From assembly GCA_038861545.1 (NCBI GenBank), contig JAWCCZ010000001.1:224001-288000 (forward strand): a stretch of 64,000 nt of DNA. The letters run 5' to 3'. This DNA is from Thermofilaceae archaeon (GTDB taxonomy: Archaea > Thermoproteota > Thermoprotei > Thermofilales > Thermofilaceae). The position numbers were made by a program, and so were the translations under genes. A model generated the notes under the pieces. That model did not search any database. It was not told the DNA's origin and saw nothing but the letters and a program-made list of their open reading frames with translations. Shown piece after piece: positions 29,327 to 38,155 of the stretch. Each line of letters starts with the position of its first letter. Within the stretch, counting starts at the first letter, position 1.

Positions 29327-30012
29327 ACTCCATAATGGACAACCCACCAATTATATTCATCAATAAGTTTAGCCAAGGTTTTTCTACCATACTCTCGACC
29401 AAGTTTATTGCTTGGAAGTTCTCGGCAAATTCTCTCTACAATTTCCTTTTTGTTACATCCGCTCTTTTTTGCTTCCTCTTCTATCGCCTCTTCCACTTCT
29501 CTCTTAACCAGCTTTAGGAATTCTAAGTAACCCTTTGCGCCTCCTGCGACTTTATATTTTCTCCTGATATCATCATCCCACATTACGAAGAGTTCTGGAT
29601 TAAGTAAATGCAGGATCTTGGAGATTGCTGTAGCTCCTATGTAATCCACCTTTGCTGAACTATAACATTTTATGATAGCATCTGCTATTTCTTTATCCTC
29701 GAGATTGATATCTAGAAAAGTTTTACCTTGTAACTTTTGGAAGGATTCTTTAGAGTTACGTAATTGCTCAGTAAGTTGTTTCCAATCCAAATCCTTTCTA
29801 TCTACAGTTCTTCCCATTCTTCCCCATTGAGCAAGAAACATCTTAATTATTTGTTTCACATGCCTCTCTAATTCCAATCTGCCGAGGTCAACTCTGACCT
29901 CTTTGAGCATTTCAAGAGCCTTAAAATACATGTATTCGCCAAACCAGAAGGAATCTTCAAAATTCCTAACACTCTCAACCAACTCTCTGTACCTCATGCT
30001 AAATCTCCTCAT
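29323..30012 (-). CDS. AT-rich hypothetical protein, possibly HhH-glycosylase-like fold (DUF6308-like)
   Basis: IGATAISKILHLLNPELFVMWD and KLIDEYNW motifs. Lower GC than flanks; probable start at the second ATG after GAGGAG. Confidence 0.55.
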   Translation of the reverse strand: MRRFSMRYRELVESVRNFEDSFWFGEYMYFKALEMLKEVRVDLGRLELERHVKQIIKMFLAQWGRMGRTVDRKDLDWKQLTEQLRNSKESFQKLQGKTFLDINLEDKEIADAIIKCYSSAKVDYIGATAISKILHLLNPELFVMWDDDIRRKYKVAGGAKGYLEFLKLVKREVEEAIEEEAKKSGCNKKEIVERICRELPSNKLGREYGRKTLAKLIDEYNWWVVHYGV

Positions 30013-30111
30013 TTCCTAATTCATCCTAACAACTTAAATTAAAAACACGATATAAAATTAACGGCAATTTTCTCTCAATAAAACTCACTCTCCCTAATAA
30101 CATCTCTTTTC

Positions 30112-31368
30112 ATGGCTAAGGTAATTATCGAACCAGCTGGTGATCTGCAAATAGAGGGAATGAACATTAAATATGGTCCCGGAAGCCTATTTAAAGCAAA
30201 AGTATGGGTGGTTAACGATGCTTCGAATATTTCAGGTGTTCTCTTTAAGTTGGGAGTTTGTGGATTTAAATGTAAGTCAAGTACTGGATAAAGGGTATTC
30301 CCAAATAATTATCCCTCGTAGCGAAGAGCCGGCTACGCTAGCTGCCTCTATTTGTTTTTCGATACCTGTGTACACAGATGGCATGCATGAAGTTGAGCTT
30401 AGGGTTACCTTATTGATGGGGGATGTAAAAGTTGATGACGAGGTTTTCAGCTTTTTTAAAGTTGCACCGGCAAGCGAAGTTATCGTAAAGCTAGTCAATA
30501 TTACCGAGCCGCTAAAATTTTACGTAGAGTACTGAAGGGTATTCTTTCTATCTACAATCTAGGGATGGAAGAAGTGTCTTCTATCTCCCCACGGGCTCGA
30601 GGGCAGTGGTCTATGGTCCAGTGCTTAACGTATCTTCTCCCTATTTACCAATAGTATACGACTTGGGCGTCCTACAAACCGGTGTAATAGAACTAGAGTT
30701 AACACTCATTGAGGGCTCACTATTCATTGTTAGAACGCCAATGCCTTCGCTAGATGGTTCACTACCAATGATCAACTTAAAAATTAAACCTTTTTCGGAA
30801 TTACCTGGACCGTACATTTTATCATACGATTCCTCAAGTATTGCTATCGCTTTAGCGCTTGGCTTAACAGGTTATCAGTTTATACTGCCGGCGAGGATTC
30901 CCCTCAACGTGTCTTACGATGTAAAGTGGGGTTTAAACCAAGTATCTTTTACAGTAGGCCCCTTAAACTTAAGCAAAGGCGAAGTGTATATTGATGATAG
31001 GCTGGCAAAACTGTTAGCCAGCGAAGCGTTAGAGTTTGGCAGCAAGGATATTTCAAATGCCTTAGCCAAGTTGACGTGGCTCGAGAAACGGGGTTTTTAC
31101 GCAGGTTTAACTAGGGAGATAGTTAAAAAAGCATCTGAAGCAATTGACGAAGCCCGTAAGACAATAGAAGACTCGCCCGAAGTATCCTCAACGCTCGCGA
31201 GGGAAGCTAGAAACTTACTGGTAGCTGCCACCGAAAATATAGGTAAAATTTATGCAGGGCTAAGGTTAACATCCTTCTCTTCTTTTTATTATTATTATAC
31301 TAGCTTCGCTTGGTTTTGCCTCAATCCTTGTTGAAGAGGAGCCTAAAAGACCGGTTATTGGAGTAGCA
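30112..31368 (+). pseudogene. Frameshifted 5' part of a second FtsX-like large permease gene
   Basis: Reading continues across three frame changes (~30240, ~30530, ~31270-31300): MAKVIIEPAG... / ...FYVE / STEGYSFYLQSRDG... / ...IIILASLGFASILVEEEPK. Confidence 0.7.
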
Positions 31369-33513
31369 GTGCTCGTAATTCTGGTAGTGATGGTTTACGT
31401 GACGTACCCAGGTATCACAGAGGTCGATACAGTCGAGCTTTTCTTAGGTATGTATACGAGCTTTTTAGTATTTATTCTCCTGATTGTGACACCCTATCTC
31501 CTTGAAGGGGTAAAAAGCGAAAAAGGTTTGCTTGTGTTTACCGCCGTGGCTATGGCGCTATCGGTAGCGGCTAGGAATCTGAGAAGAAGGGGTTTACGTA
31601 CCGCTCTAGCCCTGTTTTCAGTTATTGCTCTTTCTCTGGCTGTTTCCAGTTTATCTTCTATGAGCTACTACGCTACTACAAAAGAATTGGTGACAACGGT
31701 TAAGGCTCAAGGGAGCGCGGATAACTTCCTGATGGTTTTCAGTAAACACAGTCTGACTTTCGATGACATCATATACGTGTTTTCGCAGCCAGAAACGCTA
31801 GAGGCTGGCTTCATACTGAGTAGCGTGCCGCGCCTTGAACCCTACGGCTATCATGCTACTAGGACCATCAGAGCCTTTATCGCCGTACACGGGTATTCAC
31901 CGATAAGGTCAGAGCTGTCAAAGATCGTCCAGCCGTTAGCTGCCATTGAGGAGCTTTCACAGCGTAGCGATACGGTACTCGTGAGCAGTGCTTGGAGGGA
32001 CACTGGTGTGCAACTAGGTGACATCGTAGATCTCGCTGGTATTAAGTTGAAGGTAGTCGGTTTTTATGACTCGAAGACTCTATCCTCTATAAAGGACGTT
32101 GGAGGTTACGATATTTTACCACTAAGTACCCGCCCCGATGGGGCGGTTGAACCAGTTCATCCGGACGAAATGGTAATTATAGCGCCAGAAGTAGCTATAA
32201 GGCTAGGAGGATTTACAAAACGAATCTACGCGAAAACCGGCAGTGATCGTGAGCTTTTGAATTTGGCTAAGAGGTTAAGCACACAGGAAGAGTATATAGC
32301 CGTAGCTAAGCCGGCAGACGGGTATATTAGGATTTACTTCCCAGGATTCACTGTTGAGTTTAGGGGGAACGAGGCTTTCTTGCCGATGGCTTTCGTATTT
32401 CTGAATATAGCAACCGTGGTTTTAGCGTCGGTTTACGAAAGAAGAAACGAGATTTTTACGCTAGCTTCTATAGGTTTGAACCCTACTCACATATTTTCAA
32501 CATTCCTATCCGAGGCCTTTCTACTAGGTTTCATCGGTGGGGCACTTGGGTACCTTACGAGCTTTACAGTATTTAAAGGTCTACAGTTATCTGCAGCAAT
32601 GGTGCCGGTCGATGTAAAAAGCGACTTCCATAGTATGCTTTTCATCATAAGCTTGTCAACAATTTCATCCGTAGTTGCTGGTATAATTCCATCCCTTAAG
32701 GCTTCAGCTTATGCCACTCCATCTTTAACTAGGCGATGGAGACTAGAGGCGGAAGTCGCAAGCGGTGTATGGAAAGTTGAAATCCCAGCCAGGGTGACAG
32801 AAGACAAAGCACTACAGTTCACCGAGTTTATTGTTGAAAGGTTAAGAGAAGAAGGGTACGGAATAGAGCGGGTTATAACAGACGTAAGCATGCATGAAAA
32901 GGTTGAAGGGGGAATGCAGACCTACGAGATTAAGTTTACTTACAGTAAAGGTGGCGGACAGGCCTTCACGGCTCCAAGCAGGCTGGTTATAAAGCCTTCA
33001 AACCAGGAGTTTTACAGCGTCCAGCTGCTAGTGGAGCCACGCTCAGCGTATCCAAAGCTTTATCAGAGGCACGTGCAGGAAGTATCGAGTTTTGTCAGAA
33101 ATGTGACCCTTGAATGGGCGTCACTGCGGGTTAGATTATTGGTGCCTGTGGGAACTGACCCAAGTTCTGTAGTGGAGCTTATCCGTCACTACAACCCACA
33201 ACTTGTAATAATTATAAGTAGAAGAGGAGATCCAAAAATCGTTAGAGAAATCAGAGGTAGGATTCGCGGTTTAGGATTACGTCCACCAGCGGTTGAACTC
33301 ATCGACCTTAAAAGTAAACAAATTGATGAGCTGGTAATTGAAGTTAAAAACCTTATTTCTAAGGCAGATATTATTGCAATAGACTCGGATGACGGAGTCT
33401 TAAGCGCTATAGTAGCACTCGTGGCTGCAACTGAGGGACGAAGGGTATCGGTATTGAAGAATGGAAAAGTCGAAGAAACAAGCGTAGATAAGCTCCTTAG
33501 ACCAGCTGCTTAA
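31369..33513 (+). CDS. FtsX-like permease (intact 3' part) with a C-terminal CARF-like Rossmann domain
   Basis: RNLRRRGLRT, ERRNEIFTLASIGLNP and TPSLTRRW, paralogous to 16885-21393. Carries an extra ~125-aa tail. Confidence 0.8.
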   Translation: MLVILVVMVYVTYPGITEVDTVELFLGMYTSFLVFILLIVTPYLLEGVKSEKGLLVFTAVAMALSVAARNLRRRGLRTALALFSVIALSLAVSSLSSMSYYATTKELVTTVKAQGSADNFLMVFSKHSLTFDDIIYVFSQPETLEAGFILSSVPRLEPYGYHATRTIRAFIAVHGYSPIRSELSKIVQPLAAIEELSQRSDTVLVSSAWRDTGVQLGDIVDLAGIKLKVVGFYDSKTLSSIKDVGGYDILPLSTRPDGAVEPVHPDEMVIIAPEVAIRLGGFTKRIYAKTGSDRELLNLAKRLSTQEEYIAVAKPADGYIRIYFPGFTVEFRGNEAFLPMAFVFLNIATVVLASVYERRNEIFTLASIGLNPTHIFSTFLSEAFLLGFIGGALGYLTSFTVFKGLQLSAAMVPVDVKSDFHSMLFIISLSTISSVVAGIIPSLKASAYATPSLTRRWRLEAEVASGVWKVEIPARVTEDKALQFTEFIVERLREEGYGIERVITDVSMHEKVEGGMQTYEIKFTYSKGGGQAFTAPSRLVIKPSNQEFYSVQLLVEPRSAYPKLYQRHVQEVSSFVRNVTLEWASLRVRLLVPVGTDPSSVVELIRHYNPQLVIIISRRGDPKIVREIRGRIRGLGLRPPAVELIDLKSKQIDELVIEVKNLISKADIIAIDSDDGVLSAIVALVAATEGRRVSVLKNGKVEETSVDKLLRPAA

Positions 33514-33626
33514 AACTTGCATACTTACATATGAGTCCTGTTTTGCCAAGCTAGATTTTTACGGGTCTTCGACCACTGGAAAATGGGCCTATACAAATTT
33601 ATCTTAGCTTTTTCGGATATTAGCTC

Positions 33627-34532
33627 ATGAGCGCTTTAACAGTGCTCGGTGGAAGTCGGGCGGAGCACATTGCAGTTGGTTTAGCTAAGCTACTTAAGGC
33701 TGAATTAGGTGAAGTCGAGGTTACCAAGTTCCCTGATGGAGAAACATACATAAGGCTTCTACCCGATGTAAAAGGACGCCGCGTGGTATACGTCAACACC
33801 TTACAGCCTTCACCTAACGATGCTTTAACAGAGACTTTCCTCACTTTAGACGCTTTAAAAGACTTAGGGGCTAGGGAGGTACATGCCATTATACCTTACA
33901 TGGCCTACGCACGCCAAGATGAGAGATTCAGACCTGGGGAAGCTATTAGTATAGCGACAGTTGCTAAGCTCTTTAAGTCACTTGAGCTGGATTCGATTTA
34001 TACTGTTGATATGCATCTACACCGTGTAACCGACCCGTCTAGGCTATTCGGTGCAAGATTCAGAAACCTGACAGGTGTTCTTGAGCTCGCAAAGTATGTT
34101 AAACATCGGTCTGAGCTTAGGGAGAATGCTATTGTAATAGGACCTGACGAGGAAGCCGAGCAATGGGCTAGGATAATGGCGGAGGATTTAAACCTAGATT
34201 ACGCAGTTCTAGAGAAGAAGAGGTACTCTGCTACAGAGGTCAGAATAGAGGCGCGAGGCGCTGATGTTGGGGGTAAAAAGGCAATAATTGTTGACGATAT
34301 AATATCTACTGGAGGCACAATAATAGAGGCCGCTAAGGTTCTTAGGGAGTTAGGGGCTTCCGGCGTCATCGTCACATGCGTTCATCCTGTACTGTCTGGT
34401 AACGCGTACGCTAAACTACAAAAGTTGGACTTATTAGATTTAGCTGGCACAGACGCTGTATTAAGCCCAATAAGCCATATACCCATAGCACCCGCTATCG
34501 CAGAAGCTTTAAAAAACGAGCTTTCTCTCTAA
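33627..34532 (+). CDS. prs: Ribose-phosphate pyrophosphokinase
   Basis: KFPDGE, PYMAYARQD, VDMH and VDDIISTGGT motifs. Confidence 0.96.
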   Translation: MSALTVLGGSRAEHIAVGLAKLLKAELGEVEVTKFPDGETYIRLLPDVKGRRVVYVNTLQPSPNDALTETFLTLDALKDLGAREVHAIIPYMAYARQDERFRPGEAISIATVAKLFKSLELDSIYTVDMHLHRVTDPSRLFGARFRNLTGVLELAKYVKHRSELRENAIVIGPDEEAEQWARIMAEDLNLDYAVLEKKRYSATEVRIEARGADVGGKKAIIVDDIISTGGTIIEAAKVLRELGASGVIVTCVHPVLSGNAYAKLQKLDLLDLAGTDAVLSPISHIPIAPAIAEALKNELSL

Positions 34533-34570
34533 TTATCAGTTTTCTTTTTAGTTTGTAGAGGCTTAAAATA

Positions 34571-35305
34571 TCATTTATGTTCGAGTTTTTCAAGTGGCTT
34601 AACGTTGCCATAACAAGGTTTAGGTCCGCAAACGGGCGCTGCCCAACGCACCGCGTTAGCTATCACTTTTCTAACATTCTCATTGTAGTACGTAGGGTAG
34701 CTTTCATGCCCAGGTCGGAAGTAAAAGATTCTCCCTAGGCCACGGTAAAAGCAACAACCACTTCTAAATACTTCGCCCCCCTCGAACCAACTGATGAATA
34801 CGAGCTCATCTGGCTGTGGAATGTCAAAGAACTCTCCATACATTTCCTCGTGCTCGATCTCAAAGTACTCTCCTAAACCTCTAGTGATTGGATGCCATGG
34901 AGCTACAACCCATATGCGCTCTTTTTCACCAGCTTCTCTCCATTTCAAGCTGCAGCTAGTACCCATCAACCTGCGAAAAATCTTTGAGTAGTGCCCTGAG
35001 TGTAGAACGATTAAGCCCATACCCTCTTCAATTATCCTTCGGTATATTCTTTCAACCACCTTATCCTCTACCTTATCGTGAGCTGTGTGCCCCCACCATA
35101 TCAACACATCCGTGAGTTTGAGGATCTCGTTACCTAAGCCATGCTCTGGCTCTTGCAGAGTAGCAGTTCGAACTTCAATATCAGGCTGCTGACGAAGGTA
35201 CTCCGCTATAGCTTCATGTATACCCATAGGGTATACACGCGCGATTTCAGGCTCTGTTCTCTCATGTATATACTCGTTCCAAACGGTAATTCTTATCTTT
35301 TGCAC
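34571..35305 (-). CDS. thuA: ThuA-family trehalose utilisation protein
   Basis: VWNE, WWGH.AH, LHSGH, EEMYGE and YFRPGHE motifs. Confidence 0.88.
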   Translation of the reverse strand: MQKIRITVWNEYIHERTEPEIARVYPMGIHEAIAEYLRQQPDIEVRTATLQEPEHGLGNEILKLTDVLIWWGHTAHDKVEDKVVERIYRRIIEEGMGLIVLHSGHYSKIFRRLMGTSCSLKWREAGEKERIWVVAPWHPITRGLGEYFEIEHEEMYGEFFDIPQPDELVFISWFEGGEVFRSGCCFYRGLGRIFYFRPGHESYPTYYNENVRKVIANAVRWAAPVCGPKPCYGNVKPLEKLEHK

Positions 35306-35405
35306 GTAAGTCTATTAGCAGCATCTTAGAAAAATTTTTGCAAAAAATCAAAGCAGATTAACGATACCTTTAAAATAGCTTTTGTAGCAGCGCGGAGTAT
35401 CGGAG

Positions 35406-35825
35406 ATGGAAAGAACTGAAAGTATTGAGGAAAGCAATCATCGAGTCGTGGGTAAACATGTTTATGGGAACCTGTATGACATCGATTTAACAGTAGCTGG
35501 CGACGAGGAGAAATTAAAGAAAATAGTGGAAGAGGCCGCAGAACTCGGTAAAATGAGGTTATGGGATCTGAAATCTTGGAGTTTTGGAGGAGGTAAAGGA
35601 GGTGTTTCCGTAATTGCACTGGTTGTGGAGAGCCACATAGCCATTCACACATGGATAGAGTATGGCTACGCTACAGTTGATGTATACACCTGCGGTGAGC
35701 AAAGTGACCCATTCAAAGCCTTCGAACACATTATTAAAACACTTAAGCCCAGGTTCTATACATTTAATTATGCAGATAGGAGCAGCATTCCCAGAATCGA
35801 GAGAATTTATAACTTAAAGCGGTAA
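35406..35825 (+). CDS. Pyruvoyl-dependent decarboxylase (SpeD/SpeH family), likely crenarchaeal arginine decarboxylase
   Basis: ESH cleavage site. GKHVYGNLYDID and SFGGGKGGVSVIAL resemble the crenarchaeal ArgDC paralogue more than AdoMetDC. Confidence 0.85.
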   Translation: MERTESIEESNHRVVGKHVYGNLYDIDLTVAGDEEKLKKIVEEAAELGKMRLWDLKSWSFGGGKGGVSVIALVVESHIAIHTWIEYGYATVDVYTCGEQSDPFKAFEHIIKTLKPRFYTFNYADRSSIPRIERIYNLKR

Positions 35826-35931
35826 AATTCACCATTTTATCGAAGTTTCTTGGGCTCATCAACAATTAAATAAAGTTTAAGTTAATATGTTTAAATTATT
35901 TTAATAAACATAGAATTTTATGAAAATTTGG

Positions 35932-35955
35932 TAAAATTATTATATAATAATTTTA
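35932..35955. repeat. 24-bp perfect palindrome in an AT-rich spacer
   Basis: TAAAATTATTAT|ATAATAATTTTA. Confidence 0.6.
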
Positions 35956-36076
35956 TATTTGCTAAGTTTATTAACTGTATTTTTAGTAAACTATTTAAGT
36001 AACAAATAATATAGTAAAAATTATAAAAAGTAATGCTTATATATTAAATTTATATATGTATAATTGATCGGAAACG

Positions 36077-36970
36077 ATGATATTAGATTGGCGGAAAGGT
36101 ATAGTTTTTCTTATAGTAACATTACCTCTCATATTTATGATACTTACACGCTATACTGCTAGTGCTGCAGATCCCCTTAGACAAGCAGAGGAGACTGCAG
36201 AAAATATTAGGGGGGAGACCGGACTAGTGGTTAATGGTCCTTTTAATACTCCTATTTTCTCATTTGAGTTAGTAAACATTTCTAGCTTGGATGAAAAGAT
36301 CTTACAGGGTCCCAGTCTACAAAAGTATAAGCCAGTTTTCGCCGTAAAGGAGAAGCAAAGTTATGATCTATACGTTATACTTTATGATTATTATCATGAT
36401 GAATACTTAATTCTCTATATACACCCTAATGGAAGCCAATTGGTAAAGAAACTATTTTTCACAAAGGTTTCAAGTGAATATATTGAAAAGGAGGGATCGA
36501 GACAAGAGGTTGTTATCAACGACAACAAAAAAGTTACGATAGAGGGACATTTAGCATGCCAGCTTGATAAGTATACAGCAGAGTATGTTTCGCTTCAAAC
36601 ATCCTACATGGATTTTGACTGTTGGTATACTACGAAATTCGGGTCATATAACCTTGTCACCACACATGCTAAAGGACGCGTATTTTATATTCCAGGTCAG
36701 TATGTTACAGGCTTTACAGATAGATCCTATGATGTAATACATGATCCTGGCATTACAGGATGCTGGTTTAAATCGTCTTCATCAGGAGCCGGTTTGCCGC
36801 AAGCAACTTTAAAGGCAGAAGGAAAATACTTGATCTGTTGGAGCCTAATCCCCCTTCCAGTGTCAACTCAATGGAATCAGTTTGCTCGGTTTATCTTTGA
36901 CGCTGTAACAGAGACTCCCGATTGTGAAGGCATGCATAACTCTTGGGTATCATATAATTGTAATTGTTAA
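36077..36970 (+). CDS. Secreted hypothetical protein with a Cys-rich C-terminal domain
   Basis: Signal peptide (..ASA|AD), seven Cys all in the C-terminal half, ending ...YNCNC. AT-rich. Confidence 0.65.
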   Translation: MILDWRKGIVFLIVTLPLIFMILTRYTASAADPLRQAEETAENIRGETGLVVNGPFNTPIFSFELVNISSLDEKILQGPSLQKYKPVFAVKEKQSYDLYVILYDYYHDEYLILYIHPNGSQLVKKLFFTKVSSEYIEKEGSRQEVVINDNKKVTIEGHLACQLDKYTAEYVSLQTSYMDFDCWYTTKFGSYNLVTTHAKGRVFYIPGQYVTGFTDRSYDVIHDPGITGCWFKSSSSGAGLPQATLKAEGKYLICWSLIPLPVSTQWNQFARFIFDAVTETPDCEGMHNSWVSYNCNC

Positions 36971-37060
36971 ATAACATTAAGTTTTGCATTAAAAAGTAGA
37001 AGTTTAAAGTAAATACCTTCTAGCAACAAAATATACTGAAAAGTCATGTTTAGAGAATTC

Positions 37061-38113
37061 TTAGTCAAATACAACTTCAGGAGGGTAAATCCAATTGAGA
37101 TATCTAAGCTGTATGTGTGCTTCATGGATCCAGCCTCTATGTATTAACAGCCTATAGCGGAAGCATATAGGGTCTGTTACTAACAAATCACCAGCTCTAT
37201 GGCCAGTGAATTCAGAGAGACCGAAGACATTAGCTGTCATCAAACCATAATCACGTGCATGCCAATAAGTGGGGTGCCGAGGATTTAAGTAGTGATCGAA
37301 AATAGTCACACCATATATACGGTTAGCAAGGGGGCCACTGTAATCACACCACTCTGCTTTCTTACCCCATACTTCCTTTTCGTTAACTCCGCCCCAGCTA
37401 TTCATTATTTTTCCGCCACTTAATACGTTCATTGAGTTGGCCACCCGTATCGAGACCATTCCAGCCTCCTTCGTATCGCCAAGCATAGTTTCACCCTTTG
37501 GTTTAAGGAGCACATCATAATCAATTAACCATTCCCCGCTAGGTGTGTTCCAGAAGCGTATCCTTCTATCCTCTAGAAGGAAGCACGAACCTTCTGACTC
37601 CCACGAGTTTTCAACAGCTATTTCAGCATACACCGGTCCAGAAATTAAGCGTGTGAAACGCAGGAGTCGTATTCTACCTTCTCCTGCCCAAAAGTCAATT
37701 CCATTTACATTACCATGGGCTGTCCAAAGAGAATGATGGTGAGGATGATCGCTCGGCGAGTTTTCTGTAACACTGGAATTCTTATTTACATTTAATGGAT
37801 AGACGTAAGGAATCCTAACTTCACGGTACCTATAGCTTGCTATATGCTCGAAGCCACGCATAAGTTTAACCTCGCTTCCCGTATCAATAAGCCGGAATTC
37901 CATAATGGGAGGTTCATCTAAAAGTAGGAGTTCTCTGATTTCCCCAGCTCTTAAGTAGGGTATAATGAAGGAAAGCTTACCCTCTAAAACATGAGAGGGG
38001 TAAAGGTACCCGGCCTTATCCCTCAACATGTAAGTTCCATCACTCAGTTCAGTGAAAGTTTCACAGGGGGTTTCTATAGCATCGCGGAATCCTCGGATCT
38101 TCAGCTTCGTCAC
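37061..38113 (-). CDS. DUF6807 ('PmoA-like') family protein
   Basis: PYVYPL, DHPHHHSLW.AHG.VNGIDFW, GDTKE and WHARDYGL motifs. Confidence 0.8.
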   Translation of the reverse strand: MTKLKIRGFRDAIETPCETFTELSDGTYMLRDKAGYLYPSHVLEGKLSFIIPYLRAGEIRELLLLDEPPIMEFRLIDTGSEVKLMRGFEHIASYRYREVRIPYVYPLNVNKNSSVTENSPSDHPHHHSLWTAHGNVNGIDFWAGEGRIRLLRFTRLISGPVYAEIAVENSWESEGSCFLLEDRRIRFWNTPSGEWLIDYDVLLKPKGETMLGDTKEAGMVSIRVANSMNVLSGGKIMNSWGGVNEKEVWGKKAEWCDYSGPLANRIYGVTIFDHYLNPRHPTYWHARDYGLMTANVFGLSEFTGHRAGDLLVTDPICFRYRLLIHRGWIHEAHIQLRYLNWIYPPEVVFD

Positions 38114-38155
38114 AGATAGATGAGAAATTTCTCTGTGAAAAAGTTAACGAAGATA

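Noticed and set aside
30533-30535. Second in-frame TGA readthrough
   Set aside because: The same frame hits TAG nine codons later; the coding sense continues in another frame, so this is a frameshift.
35826-36076. Replication origin
   Set aside because: AT-rich, but no ORB-like G-string repeats and no cdc6/orc1 or whiP gene nearby.
37061-38113. Methane monooxygenase PmoA
   Set aside because: The protein is soluble and DUF6807-type; the PmoA label on this family is misleading, and there are no pmoB/pmoC genes.
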